Below are positions 56,901 to 64,000 of a DNA stretch of 64,000 nucleotides, piece by piece. Each line of letters starts with the position of its first letter. The first letter of the stretch is position 1. The translations under genes were made by a program, and so were the position numbers. The DNA is from a virus: positions 694 to 64,693 of IMG/VR virus record IMGVR_UViG_2878893965_000005. One strand, 5' to 3'. The notes under the pieces were generated by a model that saw only the letters and a list, made by a program, of their open reading frames with translations, did no database searches and was not told the DNA's origin.

Positions 56901-59475
56901 ACTGTTCCACGGTAAGGCCGAGAATGACCTGAACGTGATGAAAGAGCGCTATGTTAAACCGCTGGCGAAGCTGCTCGCTGACTATGACATTCCGCAGTCT
57001 GCCCTTGATGAATATCTGTATGCCCGCCACGCGTCTGAGCGTAACCTGCATATCGCGAAAATTAACCCGAAAATGCCGGACGGTGGTTCGGGTATGACTA
57101 ACGCGGAAGCGGCAGGGATTATGGATAAGATACGCCGCAGCGGTAAGCAGGCACAGTATGACCGTCTGGCGGGTATTGTTGATGACATGCTGGCGCGTCG
57201 TCGTGAGCTGATTAAGACTGCCGGACTGGAAAAAGAAGGTGTTGTCGATGCCTGGCAGAATGCTTATAAGCACTATGTACCGCTCAAGGGGCAGGATGCA
57301 GACGGTGCATTACCGCGTACCGGAAGGGGCTATGTGGTCAGCGGCAAGGAAAGCAAGATGGCAATGGGTCGTAACTCTAAGGCTCAGTCACCCTCGACGC
57401 AGGCTATTCAGGACTTAACCGAATCCCTTATCCGCAACCGTAAAAATGAGGTGGGTAACGCCTTTCTGAAACTGGTGCAGGATAATCCGGATAAGGACTA
57501 CTGGCAGGTATTCACTGATGATAAACCGGATACCACGCGCCGGATTGTGGAAAAAAACGACCCGGAAACGGGTGAGACAATCCGCCAGGTTGAGGAAATG
57601 CCAGTCCCGATGGCGATGATGTCAGACAGATATTTCCCCACCAAAAAAGACGGCAAAACGTACTACATCAAACTCCATGATGAACGTCTGGCGAAGGCAA
57701 TGAAGAACATGGGGCCGGAAGTTACGGGAGCAACGCTGCGGGCATTTGGCAGTATCAACCGTTTCCTTTCATCTGTTAATACCATGTACAACCCTTCATT
57801 CCTCGTCACTAACTTTGGGCGTGACCTCCAGACGGCGGTAATGAGCATTTACGGTGAGCAGGGGCGGTCTGACGGCCTGCTGGTGGGTAAAAAAATGTCT
57901 GCACTGAGCGTGGTTCGCGACAGCGGTATCGCCATGAAAGCGGTGTATGACAGTCTGCGGGGTAATCAGCGCAACGGTAAGACAGGTGAATGGCAGAAAC
58001 TATGGAAGGAGTTTGTTGAAGACGGTGCCAAAACAGGCTGGTTCCGGATTAACGACCTCGAAGGCCGGATGAAGGAGATGGACAGGCTTGTGGCACAGGC
58101 TAAGGGAGGCTGGCAGGGGCAAAGTATTCAGTCCTGGCACGCTTTCTTTAAACTGGTGGAGGACGGTAACAATGCGGTGGAAAACGCGCTGCGCCTTTCA
58201 GCCTACAAGCATGGACGTGACGCGGGCATGAGCAGACAACAGGCCGCCTCCCTTGCCAAAAATCTGACGGTGAACTTCAACCGTCGCGGTGAGCTGGGTA
58301 CGGTGCTGAACTCTCTGTATATGTTCGCCAATGCCAGCGTTCAGGGTACTGCCAATATGATCCGTGCGCTGGGGCGTCTGGAGGGTAGCGGTCCACTGTT
58401 GCAGCGTCTGCGCTGGAGCAATCTCAACCGGACGCAGAAACTGTCGCTGGCGGCGATGGGGGCCGGATATCTGCTGGGTTCGCTGAACCGTGCAGGCGCG
58501 GGCCAGGACGAAGACGGCGTGAACTGGTATGACAAAGTACCGGATTACGTGAAGGAACATAACCTGGTCATCATGAAGTCGCTGTTTGGCGGCAGGCAGG
58601 GCGAATACTGGACGTTCCCGTTACCTTACGGCTACAACATGTTCTACCTGCTGGGCGGTACGATAGAAGGCGTGGGCAGCGGCGGCATTAAGCCAGTGAA
58701 AGCGGCAGGGAATATCATCGGCGGTGCGCTGGGCGCGTTTAACCCACTCGGCAGCGAAGACTCCGAAACGCTTAGCGGTACGTTGCTGAAAAATCTGTCA
58801 CCCACGCTTCCACGGCCTTTCATTGACTATGTGATGAACGAGAACTTCATGGGTACGCAAATCCGTCGTCAGAATGCGCCGTGGGGTACGCCAAAGCCTG
58901 ACAGTACGCTGGGCCGACGTTCAACGCCGGAAGTCTATAAGTCTTTCGCGAACTGGCTCAATACAGCGACAGGCGGCAGCCAGTACCGTTCCGGTGCGGT
59001 TGATATCAACCCTGACAGCATGAAGTACTGGATTGATTATATTTCTGGTGGTACAGGGCGCTTTATTGGTCAGACGGTCGACGCCGCCGCCAAAACGTAC
59101 AACGGTATTGGTATTCCGGCTCAACAGGTCCCGTTCCTGGGTAAACTGTCAGGCCAGGTTATGCCGTACGCTGACCAGCAGAAGATGTACGACCATATTG
59201 ATGAACTGAGTCAGTACAATGCTGAACTGAAATCGTTAAGCGGCGCTGACCGTGCGGCATTCAGGAATAAATACAACGGACAACTCTCGATGAACGGCAT
59301 CACTCATCAGTCGCAACTCCAGCTTAAAAATCTGCGCAAGCAACGGGACGAGGTTTACTCCGATCCAACGCTGACCGCCAGACAACAGGCCGACAGGGTG
59401 CTGATGATTGAGCAGAACATGAAGAAGGTCGTGGACAGGTTCAATCGGGAGTACAGGGAGAAGGTGGGAAACTGA
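50941..59475 (+). CDS. Giant ejected polyvalent protein (LPD1/LPD5-like, zincin HExxH, MuF-C-like, LPD38-like regions)
   Basis: 2844 aa; FGFRGVQFGN...AHEWFHALD, RHEIIH.., TPPVL..IG.P.LP....IASVYG, LP.PYG.N motifs recognised by eye. Confidence 0.8.
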   Translation: MPLIPDVRPEAQKINPNRTDLNIEQPDEQPFDYHAYLDTLTPGNVKDYRTGANMKDYGIAVTSGAANLPEGVGALANFGGQWLEKKAGELSPDHFVAKSALSDIGGFLHKGGQALQEGVSDWKQDLESGYSEQAKNALEQGATGSIAGLTLNLANVFGDLGSMALTGGLEGIAAKGVTSALLRREAVSGLVRKGLTKEAAEKVADDAMEIAARKTAATQAGKTASKYGFIASGTADAQGNTAASAAQGVLNASPQELASSPTFVNLYQSVQSDPQYAHLSDADRVQVAKEQLANRVGMSVATDPKLLAVNIGSTMMGDKAVADMVLNGVSKSIVGGFTKGALREGTLNGLQSGYSQYAQNVARDEDAGIATDHMQGVAHATGEGTLLGGILGGGAGIVSGVRGRNSKPDMQRTDAAREAFDAKAQRAREMAQDSPHTKPADPVESYRQQFSGLSRDELLQHYTDADLAPENDVDAVYRKHASNSLLKEMERTDQLKGIVGEMQGKPRNEVLAEYRDLNEKEKRNETEQIRWEAARQVLKPQPKATEQPQQAEAPQKQSISVPTVRFGDDIPHIEITQGSPRPPERIEKVRSDNNYFSDARSAKNSDVFRNAEQTGLKPEIVKKGDRQYAVEMDNPQVSEDRARGVINTLAMGERIPDKPKTTDPMEIPAFMRDPRFRDFTDEPTEVQQHLTRRNAPTPEELVHEQMAKGDSGPTDNELAERPRLPSPGDIHPGQGYPMPGDVRHMPDEPPAGRGGRYTTTGEVQGQSYEKGRQSVSPEGVPRQGETFRGEQSYRELPAPEGREGGKTEHEQEMEDRRARLEEADRMVQAQQKHEKAAAEREKKHDEALASFLATKDGEMHRKRARNYLTSSIKSDGKITSVRELVENRVADGWRIREKDGTRRLEHPDGRFLFEKDIGKTAMDYADHLIEKHEMAAKAGEGENNPSQPEVQEPEKTESPRAAAEKSGEKIDDFGEVIHGAAKHRRAVLADDLNTDKTAEDYRTQPFSKLFPKPDYEKMAAEGTDNKTLAMLALLRNMIPAKPRASHRLNRWAKQVEEVRDTAGQLLDGSLPADKFIDRISQEKGSHYREIVNTWEMLHRLSPAQIEQASGYRVKTHAYSMFGGKEYSPPKVIHSLENDKGRSVLDSEDLNDLHKKAKAYFDQQSGSPKSADDKTKLDIYQHKRSGEVFIAYGKNKTVLQRGFKTPAEAREYTKTHRAGLLEKLNALREQSREEQRNASNRDRSGPDRREGDVTPEKFSDAFGFRGVQFGNYVEGPRRQSDLNRAYDSLMDMSDVLKVPAKALSLNGRLGLAFGARGKGGKNAAAAHYEPGQVAINLTKGNGAGSLAHEWFHALDNYFGQHDVARDSDVASGDRFMTARDTRGSLYQPEAYPVREEVYDAFMGVVKAVNNSGMRRRSLLLDDVRSKPYWSTYVEMSARAFERYVQDKAKAAGVENDYLVNIRKADDHGSPDTYAYPTNEELDGGIRQAFDKLFSTLKTRETDKGVAFYSRDGLERTPEGNVISQTGHSADTQTQGSSVRKVKTVARTVMDRIKDNDLNVRVVKSQAEAAELAGESLDNHGKVHAFYRPDEHEIVLVADNLPDGRTVREKLRHEIIHHAMENVVTPAEYKTIIDNVLKTRDSNNATIKDIWRKVDASYADESPQVQAGEFLAHMAEKHTPGKLGAAWNRIVSLVKAVLRRTGLLQPSDLNDIGYIRDTIRTLGQRVREGYVPRDGGEVSYSRTGKPDPFKVPEGEGERYRRDLAKAVKSHRSSDISITIGRTPPVLRHIGAPDLPLVISRDTVRKATNGVKHDVPMEVIEQLPELMHDPEAVYQSATEKNAVVMLFDAVDKNGDPVIGAVHLKADKKGLEINKIASVYGAFPSKLSKMDREGLALYKKQNPDNQSAGVLQLHGDSDHQGSGRNILSPDDIRKGPYYSRSRSALSPEETLAARFVRRVQDKFQVLKAVQDNIRNSGGKLDDSNNAYLAEELFHGKAENDLNVMKERYVKPLAKLLADYDIPQSALDEYLYARHASERNLHIAKINPKMPDGGSGMTNAEAAGIMDKIRRSGKQAQYDRLAGIVDDMLARRRELIKTAGLEKEGVVDAWQNAYKHYVPLKGQDADGALPRTGRGYVVSGKESKMAMGRNSKAQSPSTQAIQDLTESLIRNRKNEVGNAFLKLVQDNPDKDYWQVFTDDKPDTTRRIVEKNDPETGETIRQVEEMPVPMAMMSDRYFPTKKDGKTYYIKLHDERLAKAMKNMGPEVTGATLRAFGSINRFLSSVNTMYNPSFLVTNFGRDLQTAVMSIYGEQGRSDGLLVGKKMSALSVVRDSGIAMKAVYDSLRGNQRNGKTGEWQKLWKEFVEDGAKTGWFRINDLEGRMKEMDRLVAQAKGGWQGQSIQSWHAFFKLVEDGNNAVENALRLSAYKHGRDAGMSRQQAASLAKNLTVNFNRRGELGTVLNSLYMFANASVQGTANMIRALGRLEGSGPLLQRLRWSNLNRTQKLSLAAMGAGYLLGSLNRAGAGQDEDGVNWYDKVPDYVKEHNLVIMKSLFGGRQGEYWTFPLPYGYNMFYLLGGTIEGVGSGGIKPVKAAGNIIGGALGAFNPLGSEDSETLSGTLLKNLSPTLPRPFIDYVMNENFMGTQIRRQNAPWGTPKPDSTLGRRSTPEVYKSFANWLNTATGGSQYRSGAVDINPDSMKYWIDYISGGTGRFIGQTVDAAAKTYNGIGIPAQQVPFLGKLSGQVMPYADQQKMYDHIDELSQYNAELKSLSGADRAAFRNKYNGQLSMNGITHQSQLQLKNLRKQRDEVYSDPTLTARQQADRVLMIEQNMKKVVDRFNREYREKVGN

Positions 59476-59664
59476 CAAGATAGTGAAGGCACTGACCGGG
59501 GGTCAAGCCTCCGGTCACGTGTATCAGAAAGCTGAAGGAATCACAAAAAATTGTTGGTATATTAGCTTTCGATAAGTATTTAAGATATTGATTTTAAAAA
59601 AGTTGGAATGTTGCTGATATACCAAGAATTAATATTAACTCTTTGATATTATTTATATTGTAAT

Positions 59665-59724
59665 CGGTCTTGAAAACCGGCGACCCGAAAGGGTTCTAGA
59701 GTTCGAATCTCTACGCTTCCGCCA
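59665..59724 (+). other. serT: attR: duplicated 3' part of tRNA-Ser(UGA) from the anticodon arm to CCA
   Basis: CGGTCTTGAAAACCGGCGACCCGAAAGGGTTCTAGAGTTCGAATCTCTACGCTTCCGCCA lacking the 5' acceptor and D arm. Confidence 0.9.
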
Positions 59725-59730
59725 AATACG

Positions 59731-59765
59731 AAACCCAAGTCGTTATGCGACTTGGGTTTTTTCTT
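59731..59765 (+). terminator. Intrinsic terminator after attR
   Basis: AAACCCAAGTCG-TTATG-CGACTTGGGTTT plus U-tract. Confidence 0.8.
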
Positions 59766-59845
59766 TTCTGCCAGTATCCAGTATGCCATTACCGTCTGGC
59801 TTGCGCTGGCTCAGTTGAGCAGGCATCGGACAGGTCACACCCCTT

Positions 59846-60305
59846 TCATCTTGCCGCCAGAGCTCCCGGATAGTGCCGGGCGATAATGTCGTTCAGCTTA
59901 TCAACCAGTTCTGCTCGTCTGAACGTAATATGAGCCGTCCCCTTCTGAAAGTATTTGATTGAAAACATCTCGTCTTCGTAACGGTTGCTGTGCCGGTTTT
60001 CATGGATATGGTCGCTCAGCCGACGGGTAACGTCAGCGCGATTGTCGGGGACAGGCTGACCATCCATAAGCATCAGCATCCGCTCAAGATCAGCTAACCG
60101 AGCGCACTGCCGGCCCCAGTTAAGCCCAAATCCTCACCGGTCAAATTTGACCAGCCCCGTCACGATGATCTTCTTCCCAAATTTACATGGGCTATTGGTC
60201 TTAAAATCCCACGATAAGCCTTTGAACACATTTATCACACCGCGCTCAAACACCTCGCCTTTATTCAGATGTAGTTGCTCAAACGTGCTCAGGATATTCT
60301 CAGCG
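59846..60305 (-). pseudogene. 3' fragment of a DUF4942-type methyltransferase gene, frameshifted
   Basis: NILSTFEQL..KGEVFERGVINVFKGLSWD.KTN and YFQKG..HITF.R..LV.K.NDI.A.HYPG in different frames. Confidence 0.7.
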
Positions 60306-60430
60306 CTATCACCGATGAGCGACTGGTCCTTATCCATCAGGAAAATCAGGGGTTGTATGCCGCGCGTAACGCCGCACTGGCGATTCACAGTGGCGAATGG
60401 GTGGTGTTCCTGGATGCCGATGATCGGATA
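60305..60430 (+). pseudogene. GT2 glycosyltransferase fragment
   Basis: IHQENQGLYAARNAAL...SGEWVVFLDADD signature. Confidence 0.6.
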
Positions 60431-60497
60431 GCCGAAACAGGCCGCGTCGGACCTGGCCCAGAAAGAGAAAGCCTTTGACGAAACCGTCAGTACTGAA

Positions 60498-61442
60498 GTG
60501 GCTCGCGGCCTGTATCAGGAAAAGAAACAGCTTTCCGGTCAGTGGGATGACTTTCACAATGCCAGAAATAAAGCCTCCCGGGCACTGCAGCGTATTGTGG
60601 ACTCCGCGTATAAATTCAAAGTCAAAACACTGCTTTCCGGCACTACGGTGAATAACTGGCAAAGCAAGTACGACCAGCTCAGAAAAGAGAGAGACGCTTA
60701 TGCTGCTATAAGCGAGAAAATCACCTTTCTGGAACTTGAAGATAATGCCGACTGGGAAAGCGTAAAACAGCAGTTTCTGGATAAGGTGGCCCTGCTGGAA
60801 AAAGCGCAGGAAGAAAAAGAATATCAGGCAGATCTCAAGCGTCAGATGCGGGAAGAAAAACAGCGTCAGGACGAACTGGAGAAGCAGCAGCGCGAAGCGG
60901 AAGAGGAGGAGCAACGCCTTGCTGAGCAGCAGCGCTTACTGGGGGAGGCTCTGCTCGCTGCTGAAGGTGCTCACCGGGAAGAGCTGGAACGACAGCGTCT
61001 GGAGCTGGAGCAAAAAATCCAGGACGTGCATCAGCAGTATGAGCGCGCCAAATCCATGGCCCAGCTCACGAAGCAGGGCCATGTGTATGTGATTTCTAAT
61101 ATCGGCTCCTTCGGTGAAAACGTTTTTAAAATTGGTATGACCCGACGGCTGGAGCCTATGGAGCGCGTGAAAGAGTTAAGTGGCGCAGCCGTGCCGTTTG
61201 ATTTTGACGTCCACGCCATGATTTCCTGCGATGACGCTCCTACGCTTGAAAAGACACTGCATGACCATCTGGAAAGCTACCGGATTAACCGCATCAACCT
61301 GCGTAAGGAGTTCTTCCGGGTCGAGCTCAGCAGAATTATCGATGAGGTGGAGCGTCACCACGGGCTGGTTGAATATATTGCTGACCCTGTGGCGCTACAG
61401 TATCTGCAGAGTCTCGAATATGCAGAAAGCGAAGCCGCATAA
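60498..61442 (+). CDS. DUF4041 / T5orf172-domain protein, probably 5'-truncated
   Basis: G.VYVISNIGSFGE.V.KIGMTRRLEP..RV.EL..A.VPF.FDVHA; frame continues upstream into the junction. Confidence 0.75.
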   Translation: MARGLYQEKKQLSGQWDDFHNARNKASRALQRIVDSAYKFKVKTLLSGTTVNNWQSKYDQLRKERDAYAAISEKITFLELEDNADWESVKQQFLDKVALLEKAQEEKEYQADLKRQMREEKQRQDELEKQQREAEEEEQRLAEQQRLLGEALLAAEGAHREELERQRLELEQKIQDVHQQYERAKSMAQLTKQGHVYVISNIGSFGENVFKIGMTRRLEPMERVKELSGAAVPFDFDVHAMISCDDAPTLEKTLHDHLESYRINRINLRKEFFRVELSRIIDEVERHHGLVEYIADPVALQYLQSLEYAESEAA

Positions 61443-61486
61443 ACAATGACTTTCAATAGCTCCTTATACGTCAAATGGACAACGGG

Positions 61487-61947
61487 TCATGAATGACATC
61501 TCCCCACGGTAAAATAAAAAACGGTATCCGTGCTCACTGCACCAATCACGAAAACTCGAACAAATCCATGTGCTGTTGCAACCCGGCCAGGAACATCGCT
61601 TTTAGCTTTGACTCTGCGAAGAAAAGCTGTCAGTACCATATCTGATAAAACGATCTGTTTACGTGGAGAAGGGAAAACGAGCTCTTTATGCAGGCCCCAC
61701 ATATTTTCAATTATCGCCATTGCCTGTTTTGACAGTGGTACACGGTGCATCTGACTGGCTTTCATTTTTTCTGCAGAATAGTCCAGACAGCATTTTTAAA
61801 GTTAACTTCAGACCATTTCATGGCTAGAGCTTCCCCTGAACGACAAGCCGTGAGTATGACAATACTCAGCAACGCTTTGCTGACATTGTAAGGTTCACCA
61901 TGCTGGATGTGGGTTGCCAGAAAAAGAGGGTTACTCTTCCATGGCAT
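61487..61947 (-). pseudogene. Frameshifted P4-like tyrosine integrase remnant
   Basis: LTACRSGE...KWSE, MK....HRVPL, VFPS, T.HGF in split frames. Confidence 0.75.
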
Positions 61948-62179
61948 AGCTGGCTGATGGACCCATTTTTGCTTATAAGGAAAATTTGAAACCTGTTGCT
62001 GTGAGAGTTAGTGCTGTTACGTTGCCTGAAATTGGCAAAGGAATGGAATTACCGGGCAACTATCAGACTCACCACTTCAGCCCTGGCGAGCTCTGGGTAA
62101 CTTCTTTTTCGCTGGATATGATTGGTGCTGACTCTTCGAAAATAAAGCCCTCAGCATTAAGTGCGAGGGCTGGAAATAA

Positions 62180-63622
62180 TTAATTGCTATATTTCCCTAA
62201 AAACACGATGGCGTTATTGTCCGAAATGAATAATGTATAATATTCATTTGACGAGACCGGTTTAATACCTTTTTTTATGATATCAGATAGTTTGTTTTTA
62301 TTTTCTTGCTCATCCCCATAACCATGAAGGGTTTGCGTGAACCCTTTGTTGACCAATTGATATGACGCTAAAAACTCAGTAGCTGGAAAAACGAAATGGC
62401 CTATAAGTGGTTTGTTATCTATTAATAACCTTGCTCTTTCATTTTTATTCAATTGGCCTACAGTACCAATGGATACGATGTCTTTATGAGTGGCAATGTC
62501 TTGCGCAATCATGCTAAAAACAAAATCTTCATATTCTTGTTGTGACTTCATAGCGTTGCTTAGTTGAGCACTAAAAGCAAGCGAAGCAATGACTGGGATC
62601 AGTGCAGCGTATTTAAAACGAGGAGCGAAACGCATAATCGGGATAGCAATTATAACCAATATAACTGAAAATGAGACTAAAGTACGGGGAAGTACTGGTG
62701 CGTCCTGAAGTAATAATGTTGGCCCCATAAGTGAAATAATGAATATTAAAAAGGATACAGCTCCGTACAAAATAAATGATGCTATTTGCTTTATATTATT
62801 ACGGTAAGCAATGAGCATAAACACGCAACTTATAAGTATTGGGATTGCGAAGTAAATGTAAACCGGGTGATATAGATAAGAAAGAACCATTTCTTTTAAG
62901 GCAATTAATGTTTTGGCCAGATGCTCTAATCCCTCTTGGTCTAGATGTATTAATTCTGCTCGAGAGTTATTTTTAGGCGAGAAGAAAAGCATATAGATAA
63001 GAAAAAATGATACGAATAAAATTGTTTTTTTGAATAAGAAAATTATTGATTCCTTGACCTTTACATCTTTTTTTGTTGCGATGATGATTACATCAATTGC
63101 AAGCAAACCAATAAAAATATTGGCACATGGTTGATATAAAGTTAAAGATAATACGCCAGCGATTAATTTTGTCGCAACCTCTATCGTCAGATTTTTATTT
63201 TTATAAGTATATGCAACCACCGTAAGGAAAAAGGCAATCGACATTCCGAGACTATCATATCTGTACGCAATATTTTGCAAAATGAATGGGTTGAATATTA
63301 AAAGTGCGGCAACCATGTTTGCGTTCGGAATATCTGATTTAATCAGGTGTTTACTGAGCGCAAGCGCAGATGCGCCTAAGAAAATACATGATGCGAGCAT
63401 GGTATAAGGAAATAGGTCCAGGTTATAGTGCCCACTGGCAGAAAAAAATCTGGTTAAAATATCTGCAAAAGGTCGACCTAAACCACGCCAGCCGTAATAT
63501 CCAGTTATAGACCTGTCTAAATCATCTCTGTAATATATGCCTGCCTGGATTAACGGGTAAATAAACAACAGGGCTAATCCTGAGTAAATAAACAATGCTT
63601 TTTTATCGTATCTGGAGAACAT
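62180..63622 (-). CDS. gtrC: GtrC-type O-antigen glucosyltransferase
   Basis: YRDDL.RS..G..GW...GRP, NPF.LQN.AYRYDS motifs; multi-TM; after gtrB. Confidence 0.8.
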   Translation of the reverse strand: MFSRYDKKALFIYSGLALLFIYPLIQAGIYYRDDLDRSITGYYGWRGLGRPFADILTRFFSASGHYNLDLFPYTMLASCIFLGASALALSKHLIKSDIPNANMVAALLIFNPFILQNIAYRYDSLGMSIAFFLTVVAYTYKNKNLTIEVATKLIAGVLSLTLYQPCANIFIGLLAIDVIIIATKKDVKVKESIIFLFKKTILFVSFFLIYMLFFSPKNNSRAELIHLDQEGLEHLAKTLIALKEMVLSYLYHPVYIYFAIPILISCVFMLIAYRNNIKQIASFILYGAVSFLIFIISLMGPTLLLQDAPVLPRTLVSFSVILVIIAIPIMRFAPRFKYAALIPVIASLAFSAQLSNAMKSQQEYEDFVFSMIAQDIATHKDIVSIGTVGQLNKNERARLLIDNKPLIGHFVFPATEFLASYQLVNKGFTQTLHGYGDEQENKNKLSDIIKKGIKPVSSNEYYTLFISDNNAIVFLGKYSN

Positions 63623-63623
63623 T

Positions 63624-64000
63624 TTAAATCCCGTCTTGTTTTTTAACTATATAACGTGGCCGTTGTTTGGTTTCGATGTAGATTCTACCTATGTACTCAC
63701 CAAGCACACCGATACCAATTAACTGAATCCCACCAAGGAAAAGGATTGAAACAATAATAGATGGATATCCCGCGACCGGATTTCCCCAAAAAATCTTGTC
63801 TATAATCATCCATGCACCGAACAAAAAGGATACAGCGGCTACAAAAAAACCAATGTAGGTCCATATTCGCAATGGGAACGTTGAAAAACTGGTAATACCC
63901 TCCAGAGCAAGATTCCACAATTTCCAGCCATTAAATTTTGATTTACCAGCAATGCGTCCTGCGCGTGTGTACTCAACAACATCAGTATTGCCACCTACCC
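63624..64000 (-). CDS. gtrB: GtrB bactoprenol glucosyltransferase, 3' part
   Basis: [37 protein letters not shown]. Confidence 0.9.
   Translation of the reverse strand, partial: VGGNTDVVEYTRAGRIAGKSKFNGWKLWNLALEGITSFSTFPLRIWTYIGFFVAAVSFLFGAWMIIDKIFWGNPVAGYPSIIVSILFLGGIQLIGIGVLGEYIGRIYIETKQRPRYIVKKQDGI

Overview
Bases 1-59724 are a nearly complete temperate prophage of an enteric bacterium (Salmonella-like). The integrase 3' end and attL lie left of the window; attR is the duplicated 3' 60 bp of a tRNA-Ser(UGA) gene at 59665-59724. The early region is Rac/Gifsy-like (int, xis, C5 methyltransferase, recT/recE, kil, dicF-like RNA, non-cleavable repressor, cro, YdaT, YdaU/DnaC replication, Q). 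The morphogenesis region is 933W-like and short-tailed (terminase, portal, N4-gp56-type capsid, tail fibre, 2844-aa ejected polyvalent protein). No stx gene is present. Right of attR are decayed island fragments and a gtrB/gtrC O-antigen glucosylation pair. Main candidate new system: five copies of a covarying multi-stem RNA scaffold. Four are clustered among the phage tRNAs, each with its own sigma70-like promoter and a variable single-stranded segment. In one copy this segment is a perfect 17-nt complement of the phage's own IsrK/C4-like antisense RNA that controls an Rha antirepressor-like gene. The other copies carry variants of the same core and may target equivalent RNAs of other phages. 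Other points: two orthogonal C4-type switches, an ~85-bp element at moron borders, many tiny membrane-peptide ORFs, a chimeric tRNA, and an 8-repeat methyltransferase variable region. All family names are recognised by eye or from memory; no database search was run.
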